Below, in pieces: positions 14,430-28,789 of a stretch of 64,000 nucleotides of DNA. A program made the position numbers and the translations under genes. The notes under the pieces are model-generated. The model was not told the origin of the DNA and did not search any database. It was given only the letters and a program-made list of their open reading frames with translations. This stretch comes from Centroscyllium fabricii (lineage: Eukaryota). Position 1 is the stretch's first letter; the number at the start of each line of letters is the position of its first letter. The stretch is taken from assembly GCA_051313645.2 (NCBI GenBank), contig JBNRSN020000058.1, forward strand, positions 1,116,001 through 1,180,000, read 5' to 3'.

Positions 14430-17400
14430 TTAACAAAAGAAGTAACATCGCACTTGAACCTTCATCAGAATTCTTTTCCTATTAAGCAAACAAATGAAAG
14501 AAATTTGAAAATTCAAGAGACATTTCACGTAAATAACAGATTTAATTAAATACCATTGTATACTCAGACCAGCGCAGTATTTTGTTCGAAGCTTGACTTA
14601 GAAAATTTTATGCCATGTACAGTGAGTATTCTTTGTGTGGAACAGTCAGAAAGATGCCGACGGCGTAACTGAAAGCACCCATGTAGGTAACGTCCAAAAC
14701 ACTTGCCAATATTCAAGACGCTCCCTGCGTGTGCTCGGTTTGTTTATGAAGAGCTTTCCCAAAACAGTAGAGAGAAGGATCCCTCGACTAAAGCATGGGT
14801 GCTTTCATTAACCTTCGCCAGCTTTAAAAAAAATGCAGATCTCTTCACTCTCCGTCCCCAACCCCTTTGCATGTGGTGTAGCCAGCATGAGCCCGCCTAT
14901 TTGGCAAATTCCACACACTAGAATGCCAATCAACGGCTCGTACGAGGGGGCTTTGTGCAAAGCAAGGGAGGATAACCCCCCCCCCCACCTCCACAAGATG
15001 GTTTCAAACACAGCAAGTCTGTACAGTCAGAAAAATCTGCATACTCTTCATTGTGAATTCATGCTATTTTCTCAAGAAATGTCACATTGAGCTGTGCCCT
15101 TGTGAAAAAAAATAAAAACACTCTTACACATTATTAGGTGCTCTATCCAGATGATGCCAAATAGGACATACTGGATACTTTATTAATAAGTAGTTTGTTT
15201 GCAATCCTTATTCAGTGATGTGATAAAACAAATCCCCCCCCCCCCCCAATAAATGTAAATTCAGACAGGGAACTGTGATTGTTATCAACCTTTGAAATAC
15301 AGTTTTCAATCAATAATATCAAAGTGACTGAGGCAAACTGATATTTAACTACTCACAGTGATTACAGCATAAACAACAACAAAGCAAGTAGCCCCAGCTG
15401 ATTGTACACTGTTAAATACTTATTTTTATATATTGCATATCATGTTATTTTACATTTACAATTAACTAGTCAAAGCCAAACATGCTGATAAACTGTAAAT
15501 TGAAAATAACAAAACACACGTATACATAAAAACCTACAAAAAAGAAAAAAAAATTCTGAGCACAAATGCCATCTGTCTTTTTCTTTTGTTTAAACCAAAT
15601 GCTGCATAAAGTGTTTTTAAACAAAACAAGGTAGCATCACTTTTACGATGACAAGCACACAAAGTTTAATTTAACGGCAGAAAAATCTCTTTTTGAAATG
15701 GGGTGCATTTGACATTCGCTATGCTGAATAAAGTTGGGCATTTCCATTGTATAAACGAGGCCATAGTTGTACAGGCTGGAAGGGATTTTGCTTAATGAAA
15801 TAAATTAATGAAAAAATGTTGCATTGGTGGGAACATTTAGAGGATTTTTAGATTAAAGTGAATTTTCATTTACCAACCTTTCTCCAGCCACACGACATCT
15901 GGCCTGTAATTCTTCAAGCTTAACTGAATTCCTCTACTACAATCATCTACACGTAGGTAACAATCTGTCCTGTAAAGGAGATTTTCAAACTGCCAAAACA
16001 AATAATGAAGCTCAAATTTATTAAGTGTCTACCCTAAGCAGATATATGCTTCTTCCTATAGTATCTCAAAGACTGGGGAGAGAAAGGACAGGACAATCCA
16101 TTTCTTCTGGAGCATCATTTAAAATCAATTGACTCATTTTAACAAATTATTTTCGAAGTTTTAAAGAGTTAATGTAGCTGTTTCTTTTTTGCATCAGTCT
16201 AAACTTTTTGTTCTAAAATTCCTTAAGTTAACCTCTACCATATGATTTAACTTGGATAAAGTATAATAAAATAGCATGGAGATAAAAATCTCTACAGATA
16301 TAGTTTCATCTTATGCCATTTTAGTCTAGTGAATTCAGATTAATTCGATTCCGCACTAAAATGCCGATTGCAAATATGGCACAAATCGCCAACTCTAGCA
16401 TTAATTCCAAGGTAAAGACTCACTCCTGACAGAAGTGCGTTTATGGAGTGAACATGGACATAGTAGAGCTGTGGATGAAAAGCTAGAGTCAGTATTTGAC
16501 CTTGGCTGCGTGTATGCTTGGAACAAGGGATGCCAGTGTGGTGATACTATGTCACCACATTGGTGTCCTTTGCTGTGGCCTCCAGATGCCACAAGTTCAG
16601 ATCTGATCTCTGTTGCGTTGTATCTGCAACAGAACTCAGACCCATAAACCCACTTGCAGTGGGGAGGGGTAAAATAAAACATTTGCTAAATAAAAATCTC
16701 AGCAGCAACTTTGAAAAATATGAATTATTACTTAAAAGTTTTAAATATAGCTGCTGATTGACTTAAGGAAATTTACTGTGAGGATTATTGTAAGATTTAA
16801 ACATTCTGAGCAAGGTACTCTATAATGTTTTGCAATCTTTTGCACATGTGCATTTATGTTTTAATCCAGTCAGAAGCCGACTAATTTCATAGATTCTTGC
16901 ATCGACTTTATATTGGAAATCATCCAATGTACAGTTTCCCTGCTCTACCTCAGAGCTAATTCAGAAAAGAAGCTTTAATCTACTTTAACCCAGTGTCAGC
17001 GTCAATCCTAAATCTTACACATCGCCCGACAGCTTTCCTTCTCAAATCTCAACGTGGAATTAAGATACTTAACTTTTGCTGCAAAAATCAAATCAAAACT
17101 GATAAGTTATAGTAAGCTGAACTCTGCAGTAATAAGAAAAGTGCACAGGCTGAGAGTTTTAGATGTCATTGGTATATTTACTCTGCTGCAGTCACTCCTT
17201 ATATCTACAAATCAAACAGCCATGAAAAGATTGGGGTATTAAATGCCTGTAGCAGTTAAATTACATTCTGTAAATTGAAGCTAGTTTCCATTACAGGAAC
17301 CTACAACACTGAGGTGCAGAATGTGTGGAGCTGCAGTTTTTTTGCTAATTAAATGATCAAAAAATCAATTATATTTTCTCCTGGTTAAAGTCTGTTTTCC

Positions 17401-20056
17401 CCTTTGCATTTTTTTTTAATGAAGGCCCCAAGTTTGAGCGGATTTCTAAATATTTGACACATTTGGAGGCCAAACCACTTAGTTCCTTAAGTGACAATCA
17501 GTGAAGTTGTGGTTTTGTTGTGGGTCTATTTTCATATAAACCTCAGCACTTCACTCCAGTGCAGCAAGCACGTCCTTCTTTTGGCACTGCTACATCAATT
17601 AGTGTATACTGTATAAAATGAAGAAGCAAACAGAATAAGCACCAATTTTCCTTTAAGTGATTGAAAACTTTGCATACTTACATTATGGCTCTGATAATTA
17701 GACTATTTTATTGTTTACAAACAACAGTCTCTCTGAGCGCTGAAAATCAAATTCTCGACTCAGCGCCATTTAACCTTCATGTTTTTCCACATTTTTTTTG
17801 CCATTAATTTATTAAAACAATCTAGTGCATTTTTAGATCTTTCTATGCAGTTCTTATTCTTTTGCATGTGTGATTTTAAAAAAATATTTAATTGGTTCTG
17901 CCAAGGTAACAGTAAACAGAATCCATTTAAAAAGTCTGTAGAGTTAAATTGTAAAAATATTATTGACAGCGATTCAAACTTACATATTACTGGCACCTAT
18001 GTTTTTTTCTTACTGAAATATCCTGTCAAAATATGTAGACCAATTGACCCGTCCTTTTCTGTTCTGTGCTGTGTAATGATGATCGCACTAAATGTCTCTT
18101 AATTTAAAAGAATTCAAATAAAATTTCAATTTAAATTTCCTTCTCATGGAGATTTAAAAAAATTATAAAGCAGATTCTGCAAAGTATTTGTTATTAAAAT
18201 AACTGAGTGTGGTTGGGGAGAGGGTTGCGGAGGGGCTCTATAACTAAATTACTTGCAGTTAACTACTCCATTGTTCAAAATGATATAAAGCCAGAAACTA
18301 TGCTGAAACGTAATAACAATGTGTATAACATTAGAAATGAGGGATTTCTTACCATTAAACGGATACAAAAAATACAAAATGCTTTATACACACAGCTTAT
18401 TGAAGATTCAGTAGAACTTATATTAAACTTTTATTTCAATTTAAAAATATTGACTAACTAACTTGCTAAGTGCAAAACATAGAATAATTTAATGTGTTTT
18501 TGTGTCCTTTAAAGCCAACTTTAGAAATCTAAAGACCAACCGTTACATCAAGGTGATCACAATGGATTGACTTTGTGTTGCCGTTGCTGTAAAAAAGTCA
18601 GCTAAACACAATCCGAACCTTTTCTCTAGGCAGTTTAATAGCTTGAAATAAAAAAGTTTCTGTAAAGATCTTGATGCTGCCCTCTCACCCACACAAAGAA
18701 AGTTATGAATTGATATTAAAATAGATTCACAGAAACATTGCACAGATTGGCCATTGCTGATGAAGCTTTAAAACTTTTTTTTAAAAAGCACTTGCACGTG
18801 ATTTTAAAGCAGACTAGCTAGCAAAGGTTCATTAAAAAAAACTGTTGTAGTGATATTATCGGAAACAACGTTATTTTGAAAAAGAATTTCTCTCAGTCAG
18901 TTGTATACATATATAAAATCAGCGATCCTCAATCTACGTTGTGATTTTTTTTTAACCGAATGTGTTGAGTTATCCTGGGTTAAATATCCTACGGTATATA
19001 GAAGTATAACATAAAGCAGATTTCAAAGCAATGTGGAAACTTGAGTGAAAAACAGGAGAAACACGGCCCGCCAGCAGACAGCGCTTCCAGGGGGGGGGGG
19101 GGGGAGCCCGACTTTTTAAGCACTCTTAGAAGTAGCGACAATAAAACCACACTCAAAAATATAAACCTTTACGGTCGCTGAGAGAAGGGGAACAACTTGC
19201 CGAGAGCACTGACATTGCTGAGGAGTGGTGTGGTGGGGTGGGGGGAACAAATCGAGATCATTAGGAACTGGAAAAGGAAGCCGATCACGTCCCAAACCAC
19301 AATGCCCGCAGCCCATCTGCTCGCAGGGTTTTGCAGGACTGCTGCAGAAAGTTGCAGCTTTTCGCCCTCCCAGGGAAAAAAAAAGTCACTTGACGCGAGG
19401 ACACTCCACACCTGGCGGCATCGCAGTGCCCGGCAACAACAACAACAACAAACTCTGCCTTCAAATACACCTCAGCTTGAAATAAAAATCAGAATTTAAA
19501 AATAAATAAAGCCAGCAAAGCGAGCGGGGAATACTTGCCGAAATCAGTGGGAAGGCGGTGCAATATGGTGAGGAAGCATCCGCGGAATTGTTATCAAAAA
19601 TATTAAAATCAAACTTCCGCGCACCGCTGTTGTGAGTAAACTCCATACCTTACAGTCATAACAAAAGCGTGATTCCCCATCGCTCGTCTCCCCCCCCCCC
19701 CCAACTCCCTCCCTCCCCCCTCAAAAAAAACAGCAGCGATCGCGACACTTTGCTGGCTTGCAAAAGTCTGAAGAAATGCACCGCACCTCTTTCAAAAGCC
19801 GCTTCTTGGAAAATAGGGGTTTTTTTGTTGCAAAATTATAAAAAAAATTACAGTCAAAAAAAAAATAATAAATATTAATACGTATCCGCCATTAGCCATG
19901 TGCCTCAATGGGGCAGCTCGCTGAGCCCAGGCACTCTGAGCTGAGAGACACCAGCGGGCATGAGGAGAAAAAAAAACACACAGGGGGGAAAAAAAGTTTA
20001 ATAAAAAACCAGGACGGGCTCTAAAGGGATACAAATGTTGCAAGAATGTATCCTAC

Positions 20057-20083
20057 CTGGGTGAGACAGAGCGGAGAGTACAT
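20057..20083 (-). CDS. NFIA: NFIA coding exon 1 (MYSPLCLTQ)
   Basis: Minus strand reads ATGTACTCTCCGCTCTGTCTCACCCAG|GTAGGA: 27 nt, phase 0, joins exon 2 in frame and gives the known NFIA N-terminus MYSPLCLTQDEFHPF. Confidence 0.96.
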
Positions 20084-20166
20084 TATTGTGGCGGTGCTGG
20101 TGGTGGTGAGAGGAAAAGCCGGCTTTCACATTTCAGTCTCCAACTGAAGCCAGCTCGCTTCTCCAT
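20083..20166 (-). promoter_or_regulatory. Candidate upstream ORF (27 aa) whose TAA overlaps the NFIA ATG
   Basis: agcATGg start, MEKRAGFSWRLKCESRLFLSPPPAPPQ*, ending in CAA TAA TG. It matters only if the TSS lies upstream of 20166. Confidence 0.55.
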
Positions 20167-21193
20167 GCTGAACTTTAACCCCGCCTATAGTTACTATATA
20201 GTCAACATCCCAACTCTCCCTCTCTGACACTCGGGGCGCCGCTCCTCGCACACCTTCTCCTCCCTCCCTCACTCACACCTTTTATTTTTTGCCGCCCGCT
20301 CTTGGGTTGCTTTTTACAGCTGCAATCTCTCTCGATATATAATATAAAAACAAAGTAAGTCAGCCTCCCGGTCTGTCAATGAGCGAGCCCCCCGGTCCTG
20401 CGCTAGTTTTCTCCCACCGATTACAGGACTACACCCCTCTCTGTCGCTGCGCCGCTCTCACGGCCACAGGAGCACCGCTTCCCCCACCCCCCCCCCCCGC
20501 GCCCGCCTCTCTCTCTCTCTTGTTTTACAAACAACCCCCGGCTAAAGCTGCATCCACCATCCTTGGAAAAAATTCAGCTTCCCCCTTTCCCCAGCAAAAC
20601 GGCTCTGCGTCAACACACGAATGCAGCAGGGAAGTCTGGCTGGAAGCGGCGGCTGGTCTGGGTGCCCACAATGAACTTGGACTTGGACGTGTGAAAGGCT
20701 GAGCTAATTTTATTTCTCGTCGCCCTTTCAGGAAAAGAAATCCTTCTCAGTCGCCGCGAATTTTATTTAAAAAAAAGTTAAAGTCAGTGTGCAACTTTGT
20801 TCTACATAAATTATGGAGTGATTTTTAAAAAACTGCATTAAACAAATCAGCAATATATTTAATTGTTTCCTTGCACCAAAGTTAGTTGGGGGGAAATGAA
20901 TTGGTATTTCCCCCCCCCCCCCCCCCCCCCATCCCCATCAAGTCCGTTTGAAAAATCCATGAAGATGATTTGTGGCACATCGGGCTTTGGCGCCTTTTTT
21001 TAACAACAGTAAATACATAACTAAGAATCATGTGGCTGTGTATTGGGGGGGGGGGGGGGGTGTAATCGCGTCACCTAGTCGAATGTCACGTCCACGATTC
21101 CTCCGCCCGGCTGTCGCTCATTGTTTGACATTTTCTTTGCCTGCGCTAGTGACCCATATGTAACAGAGTGAATAGTGAACGATCGGCCGGCCA

Positions 21194-21237
21194 GCGCGCA
21201 TGCACCCTGACTGCAGCGCACTCTGGGCCTTGTAGTC
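21194..21237 (-). promoter_or_regulatory. NRF1-like site and ZNF143/THAP11 (SBS) motif
   Basis: GCGCGCATGCAC at ~21194-21205; minus-strand ACTACAAGGCCCAGAGTGC at 21236-21218. Confidence 0.5.
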
Positions 21238-23010
21238 TTTGTCCTGTCCACTGCGCAACTCCACTTAAGAGCAATAGATGAGGCAGTAGATCATATCACA
21301 ACTTGGGGAAAACAGCACATTTTAGTGCCACGTGTTGTGAGCTTTTCTGTTCACCTACATATCCATATCTCTCTACAGAAATATACATGCTTTGTGAAGT
21401 GTGTTTTCTTCCATGTGCAATATATATATATATTAGTCTCAAGGTATTTCATCTGTTAAAAAAGGGGGGCTTAGCATCATGGTGAAATTGTCAAGAATGG
21501 ATTGGGTGCAACTCTGAATTAAAATCACAAATCGAAACCAGAATTGAAATACAGGAGTGAAAACAGATGACACAAGGTTAGGAGCTCATCACAATGCACA
21601 ATATTCCAACATGTTGCAACCATAACCATACTTGTTATCCTTTAAACTTTTCACTATGTTAGCAACTTAGCAATAACTTGAAAACACAGCACGGATAAGT
21701 TAATGTTATCGTGAGGTTTCAAGACTCCCCATTCAAAAGTTATCATATACTAATTTTAAATATTTTGAATTTGATAGGCCAATACGTGTATTGTATCTTC
21801 AAAGAACATTGGTAGGACGTCCACATATAAGTTTTATTCTAGTGACACTTAGAAACTCAATACTCAACATAAATATATATATATAAATATATACATACAT
21901 ACAGTATATATTTATATAGTGAATATACTGCATTTCTACAATGTTAAGATAATGCAAAGCACAGTACGGGACGGCCAGTAGAATGGAATATGGCTGCTCT
22001 CCAGCAATGGAGAAAGCGGCATGTACAAAGCGTTTTATTTCAGTGAATTCACACCACCTTCCTTTACAAAGAGAAATTCATAATACCAATCATTTCCACG
22101 CTTGAAGCATATCAAACATATACAAGTCGACGTAAAACAGACACATCATTCTTCTACACTATGAATTACTTCTCCACTGCACTTTAAAGGTGAATCATTC
22201 CGAGGACGACTTGTTTCCCAATTCTTGAGTTCACTTGCTGCAGAAATTCCTCTGGCTACTGGCGCGTTTTTGAGCGTCATAACTTAGAACCTCACAAAAT
22301 CGTTTTATCTAAAAATATGCAACATTGCAGCAGTTCTCATCCAAACATTTCAAAGATTTCCACTGCCCCATGCCTGGCGGGACCCCTCCCTCTGAACGCA
22401 GAGAAATATATTTACAGTCTTGTTTGCCGATCAAAATCCCTGATGAGACTTTCAGATACAGGAGCGCTGCAAATTACTGGCCTTTTAAAGCCCATCAACG
22501 TATGGGCAACATTCGCACGAGATTACTAGAGGGGATATTGGCAAATCGTTTAATTACATATTACGTATAATTGCAAACGTTATATATACAATTAAATGTC
22601 AGCTTTTACCACTGTGCAACGTTTGTACTTCTGGATTGCTTTTGAGAAAGTTTTATGATACTTCAAGAAACGTTTAGATAAATAAATGATCCTTCGAAAA
22701 TAGATTCAATATATCCTAGAATTTAGATTCAATTTTACATAATATCCAGATTTAAAGAAATATCATTACGGCTAGTTGTCTTAAAAACATTTATTCCGTG
22801 AAAAATCTCACCTCGTTTAGCATAATTACAGTTAAAAAGCATTCTTAACTTTTGCAAGGATGAACCCTTTATATAAAAGGCATGCCAGTGTGTTTTTGTC
22901 ACATAATGTATATATTGCAATATTGTATAAAAGTATAAAATGGTATGCACTTTATATACTATTTGTTCTTAGTAAATATTCATTGATCCAGCGATACTGT
23001 ACATAGCTGA

Positions 23011-23145
23011 ACTACAGTTCCCAAGATACCCTTCCAAAATCTCCGATTGCATTTACACCTAACTTGATAGCGGAAGCCTCGCCTTTCTACGCACTGATTG
23101 GCGCAGTGCAGCGTCGAGGAGGCCAATGAAAGTTTCGATTGGTAG
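23011..23145 (+). promoter_or_regulatory. Housekeeping-type promoter module (ZNF143 SBS, ETS, three CCAAT boxes)
   Basis: ACTACAGTTCCCAAGA at 23011, GCGGAAG ~23070, CTGATTGGC ~23094, GCCAATGA ~23122 and GATTGG ~23137, inside a CpG-rich stretch extending to ~24030. Confidence 0.55.
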
Positions 23146-24869
23146 AACGAGCTGCCTATCATGTCGGGTCAAGTTCACGTCTCCAGTTCGGCTGACCGTT
23201 GGAGAAAAGGTTTTTGAGACCGAGTCACACGTCTCGACAGAGCGAGCGCGCAACGTTATATATTTTTTTGCCTTCCCTTGGATCAGGCAAGTGACGGGGG
23301 AAATTTGCCAAGCTCAGCGCTTTCCAAGCTAAAAGCAGCAACCCAGTCTTGGCGCAATAAATTGACATATTCCACATGGACACAAACTGGAACCGGCGTG
23401 AATAAAAAGAAGACATCCTGTCATCAATTACCAGGCTGAAACATTATTAAATGTACTTTAAATATAATATATCCCTATTAAATCTTATTTTGCATTCAAG
23501 TTGTATCTATTAAAATCATAATAAAAAAATAAAGTTCATTATGTATCACGTACCATTGCCATGTAAAGAGTACGTGAGCAACTTTAAATTGTTCAGACGT
23601 TTAGCTTCATTTGTTGTCGCCTTTTTTGTTGCTATTTTTTGGTTTTAATATATAAACTGGGAACCGTTGCAAACCGGAAGCGAAACCATGCAAAAAAAAA
23701 GTCGGCGAGTGATGCCTGAGGTTTTTTGTTTCCAAAGAAGAAGCCCCTTTGAAAGCGTTCCAAGATCGCTCCCAGCTCTCTGGCTCTGTGTTGGTAGCGA
23801 AAGAGCACTTTTGTGGAGCGCCCTAAGAAGTTGCAATCGATTTGCAGTCGTTACTGTTTATTTCCGCATCGGTATTTGCATAGAAACCACGCACACAGGC
23901 GACCGCACGTCCGACCAATCGGCTGTCAGAATCCCGGGAGACGTGAGTCGCGCGAGCGTCTGGCCTGGGGTTCCATTCCCGGGCGAAGGTTCTGCTCCAG
24001 CACCGACACGGTCCGGACGGTGTGAAGCTTCTTTCATTTTATATTATATACAGAAGGCATTTGTAATCTGCTGTGATTTTTTTTTTGAATAGCAAGCGTA
24101 GGTAAGCACATATTGAAAGACGATTGTTTTCTTTGTAAAGTGCAGGATTTGTGTGTATTCCTCCATCCGGTCATTTGCTTGTGCGGTTCAACAGATCTCG
24201 TCCTTTTTCTGTTTAACTTATTTTACAACAAAAATGGTCCATATACGCTTTATCCATATGCATAAAGTGGTTTTTAAACATATGTATTATTGCAAATAAA
24301 AATAAGCAATCTGCTAACCTAGAAAAGTAGGTATGGGCCGAAGAATACTGCTGGTATATACGCTTTGTGAAGGAGCTTTTATGAAAAAGAGCATTTACCA
24401 GAGCTGATGTACTCAAATGACAAGTTACAGTACTACAGAAGCACTATAGAAAAAAAGCACTATAACTTTAAATGCCTTTTTTACAAGGTTGAAACTGATA
24501 CTTAAGAGGATGAGAGTTTTCTGAATTTGAAATAAACTGCCTTTTCTCTACCTTGGCGCGGTTTATGTGTGAACACATTTGTTTTGGGAACATAATTATT
24601 AAACAACATTTTAACCTTAGTGTGGTAACTTCAACATGGTGTATTCTATGAAATTATTCAATAAAGATTGTGTTTCAAAGAATGTTGTCTTTTTTTGTAC
24701 TATTTCTATTAGGTAGCAAACACTCACATTCCGCTGCTTAATTTGTTATTTGAAACAGGCCTTGTATTATTCACGTATATATTAATATGTCTTTTGCTTT
24801 TATGAATACACCTGAATTTTTTTTTAAATTTTACTGAGATTATCATTAAAGATAAAAAATGTTTTAAAG

Positions 24870-24874
<5 letters not shown>

Positions 24875-24900
<26 letters not shown>
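24875..24900. repeat. (TA)n microsatellite
   Basis: Directly visible. Confidence 0.9.
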
Positions 24901-27900
24901 AATGTGGTAGGTTAGATAATCAACGTGAATCAAATACTCTGTTTTGAGTCGATGATCATATATAAACACATTTTAATAATGTAATTGCACACCGACTGAA
25001 TGAAATAGACGTGGTCGTAACTCGTATCACCAATTTCCGTCTCTTCTAATTAACCCTATGAACAACATCATGGTAGTGCAGGCTTGCTAAGTTTATTTTA
25101 AATTCTGCGTTATCATAACCTGTGAGATTCTGCTTTCGTTCGACACAGTCATGGATCGACAGCAAATTGGCAAAAAGAAGCATGAAAAGATAATCATATA
25201 CAGTACTTCAAACCTGTTCAGGAATGCACCGATTTATTTTTAATCGTCATTTTCTGGTAAATGTATTACCCGCCTGGATATATGTGTACAGATCATATGC
25301 TGTGTTCGACCAATAAAATGCTTGCACTAATGGTATAAGGCGTGTGGGAACTGAAGGCACCGTGCGGCCGAACACATTTTCGGGTATGCTACAAGTAATA
25401 CATATGGAAATACATAGCGGCAAAGGATGCTCATGAACGTCTGTAACATTTAAAACATTTTAAACATGGGCGTGCGAGCTTTTTGTAATTTAATTTTTTT
25501 AACTTTAAATTGAGAGATTGAATATATTGACATAGATTAATAGCATATACAAAACAATAGACACTGAAATTAGACTCATTGCATTCAGCTGCAATCAAAT
25601 AGCATATACATCCTGAACAACCTAATTGCACCAATCATATTCCAAACCCTAATCAATCTCAGTTTGTGTATTGATTTACTGAAGAAAGGCACAAATTTTT
25701 ATGCACATCATATGGAGGTACCACAAAAAAACAGACCTAATGCAGTGTTATATTTGACACATTTGCTTTCATCGCTGCACTTGTTAAAGCAGTTGCTGGT
25801 AAACGTTATTGATTTTCCCATAGATTTTTATTTACATTTCGGAACAGTTTCACAAACGTGTAAAAATGAAAGGTATACTTGTTTCCCTCTTGCCGGTTAC
25901 AAGTCAATCCAGCCACAATTGCGGCACTCAGGAATACATTTGATCCGTTGTCTAGCGTCTTTAAAAAGGTTCCCACTGCAGATACACTGCAGACTCGATC
26001 AACAACAGCAGCAGCCAGCAAGCACCCAGAGGAACTTCGGAAAATACAGTATATCGACCACCGTCATTATGCTGATTTATGAAGACAAGGCTCTCAGGGG
26101 TTCCACCGCTCCTTGTTTCAGCAGTGCCATGTCGGCATTAATCAGATATCTGATTTTTTTTTTAAATTGAATAATCTCTGACGCCGAGGCGATTGCGGTG
26201 TATAAGAAAATGATCCGGCTCGTTATTAACCAGGCAGTGTTAAGTGGAAAATAAAGTCTCAACAAAACTAGACGCCGCGACAGCACGTACAAAGCGAGCT
26301 GACGTTTACTGAAAGTGATCACAATGCAAAATCTGCCTGGTATTTAAAAAAAAACCAAACACAACATTGATTCATCCTAATGCAAGGAATCGGCGCATTT
26401 TTCCTAATTTATATGAATACATGTCACTTGCGGAAATGTCCGTATAGATTTGGCGCTGGAGATAATGATCTGAAGACATTCCACAACAGGGAGTGAGAAA
26501 GAGAAAGTCTTTGTATATTTTTTTCTGCCGGTCTTTGCAAAACCTTAATGCTAAGATCCCAGATCTGGTGTTAACGCAGTGCAGGACCACAACTAGAGGG
26601 CTCTAACGGCAACAACAAAGAAGTGATTTACTGATTTTGGAAAATGTTGCGAGAGTTGAATGCCCTCCCCCAGTTACAATGGTGCACTCCACCGTGTCGC
26701 GATATTTTTTTTGTCCTTTACTGTCGCAACGTTTTGCTTTACTCCTGAAATAGTGAACTTAAAACTAGAATCACTGCTTTTCTGAGGCAACGGTTGAAAA
26801 AAAGACTACATTAAAAAAAAGTTCTTGAATATGTGCGTCCTTCTTTCTCACTCTTGCAGCACCCGTATGGAGCGCATTCGAGCGATTTCTTGCTAAAATG
26901 GAGTCGAGAGCTCAATAAACATTCACAAATTCCCTCTCATTCTCATTTAGATTTTGAAATATATCACCACGATAATGACAGACATGAAGCTGTTTACAAT
27001 CATAAGGCGATTTACTGACGCAAATAAGGGATATGTATATATATAGATTCCTGAAGAGGAGGATTGCACCATTAATTTAAATGTTAGCCAGCAAGTTCAA
27101 CATTTTCACTGTGGTGTGTAAATTGTAATTCGGCACCAGTTGTCGACAAAACTACCGGGATTATTATAATTTAACAATACAATAACACCAAGAAGAGTTT
27201 TTTTTTAAATCTGGCTGCAAAATAGGAAAACACATCTGTTAAGGAAGGAGAAAGAGACCAAACTTTTCTTTGACTTTTAAGTTCAAGTCGCAGTTTTTAA
27301 AGTTGCCTTCTGTGGAAAGTCTCCACCGCTCGGTTTATTGCCGTGCAATGATTATCGATCGTATATTTAAGACGATGAATTTAGGATCAGACACTCCGAT
27401 ATGTCGCTTGTTATCTGGTGTAAAGTGTCGCAGATTCATTGGAACTTCCTCACTTTTACGTACTTTTGTTTTACTATTGTGCAGCAATTGCTGCATGTTT
27501 ATATGTGTTCTGTGTAGTGTTGCTCGGGCAGATTCACAAGTTTAAACTACCTATTTCACTTAAAATATTAAATATTATAACTCTTTTGAACAAACCAATA
27601 TCGCAACACAGAAAAAGGTTTAATCTCCCTTTGGTTATGATAACTACGTAAAATATATCCTGCCGTTATTTTGTCACAGGTACACAATTAAACCAAGTGA
27701 AGTTAGATTTCAAAATAATATTTAAATTGTATTCATCTTTGAGCTCAGGGTTTAGTTACTATGCTCCAGCGCCTGCATCGTTATATATTCTTAAATTAAA
27801 TGATTTACGACAACAGATTTCTGTAAATGTTTCCATTTCTTATTTAATTTTACCACTTTCTTTGAAGAATCGACTCCACTTTCTAGCTTAGTAATTATAA

Positions 27901-28789
27901 ATTGACATTTAAACAATTTAGTTCTTTCAAGGTGCTGGCAACATGTGAAATTATTTTGTGTAAATAAAAAGTTAACCATTTCTGTGCACGTGAAGTTCCA
28001 CAATGGAGTGCGATATCAGGCATGCTGTGAAAAGCAACCTATTTTATATTATCTTCTCCATAGATTAGAAAATCGACACCAACTTGATATGCAAATCCTG
28101 GACTAAATGGAGATCAAATATATCTAATACCGATTACTCGCAGCATTCCGAGTGTCTGCTGAAATAAGAACCTATGACTTCCGTTTTGATCTTAAACAAG
28201 ACAATGATCTTAAATAACCTAAAACGTGCCTTTGTTAATTATATATCAAGCACAAAAAATCAATTAATTCTCAAATTATACGTCAAATAATAATATTGGA
28301 TCTCACTAATTACTCGTGGCTAACTTTAGCACACATGATATTACAAACAATTCTAAACAACTAGCTCCCAAAAAGAAAATATCTTCGTCTATTTCAGGAC
28401 ATTTCAACACATGTAAACTTAACCAGTGACTCCTGTGCCAATATGATCGGTTTGTCAAGGAGTCAAATCCAGCAATTAAATGTAAATTACATTTCAAAGA
28501 AAAAGCACCGTTTAAATTGAGACATTATATTCAACAGTTTCAACACAGGAAAAATGATAGATTGGGAAAATATTAAAAGTGAATTGTTACCCTTTATTAC
28601 TTATAATTCGGAAATTAATATTTTAACAATATATGACAATCCATAAAATAAGTTAAACTGTGCGATCCTTTTTTGTTAGTTAAATATTAATGATACGAAA
28701 TATAATTTGCATGCAAACGATAAGGCATTCCCATTTTGTTTATAGATTACGGGAAAGTTTGAAGACTCGATCTAGATCTGGATTAATTA

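Larger units (their letters stand above)
19060..21240 (-). promoter_or_regulatory. NFIA: CpG-enriched promoter / first-exon region of NFIA
   Basis: CpG density rises around coding exon 1, with GC boxes and poly-C/G tracts. The exact TSS cannot be determined from sequence. Confidence 0.75.

Noticed and set aside
16376-16392. NFI autoregulatory palindrome TGGC...GCCAA
   Set aside because: Spacer is 7 nt rather than the 5 nt required by TTGGC(N5)GCCAA.
23667-24092. 141-aa ORF in the upstream CpG island
   Set aside because: TTG start and no recognisable domain; expected by chance in GC-richer DNA.
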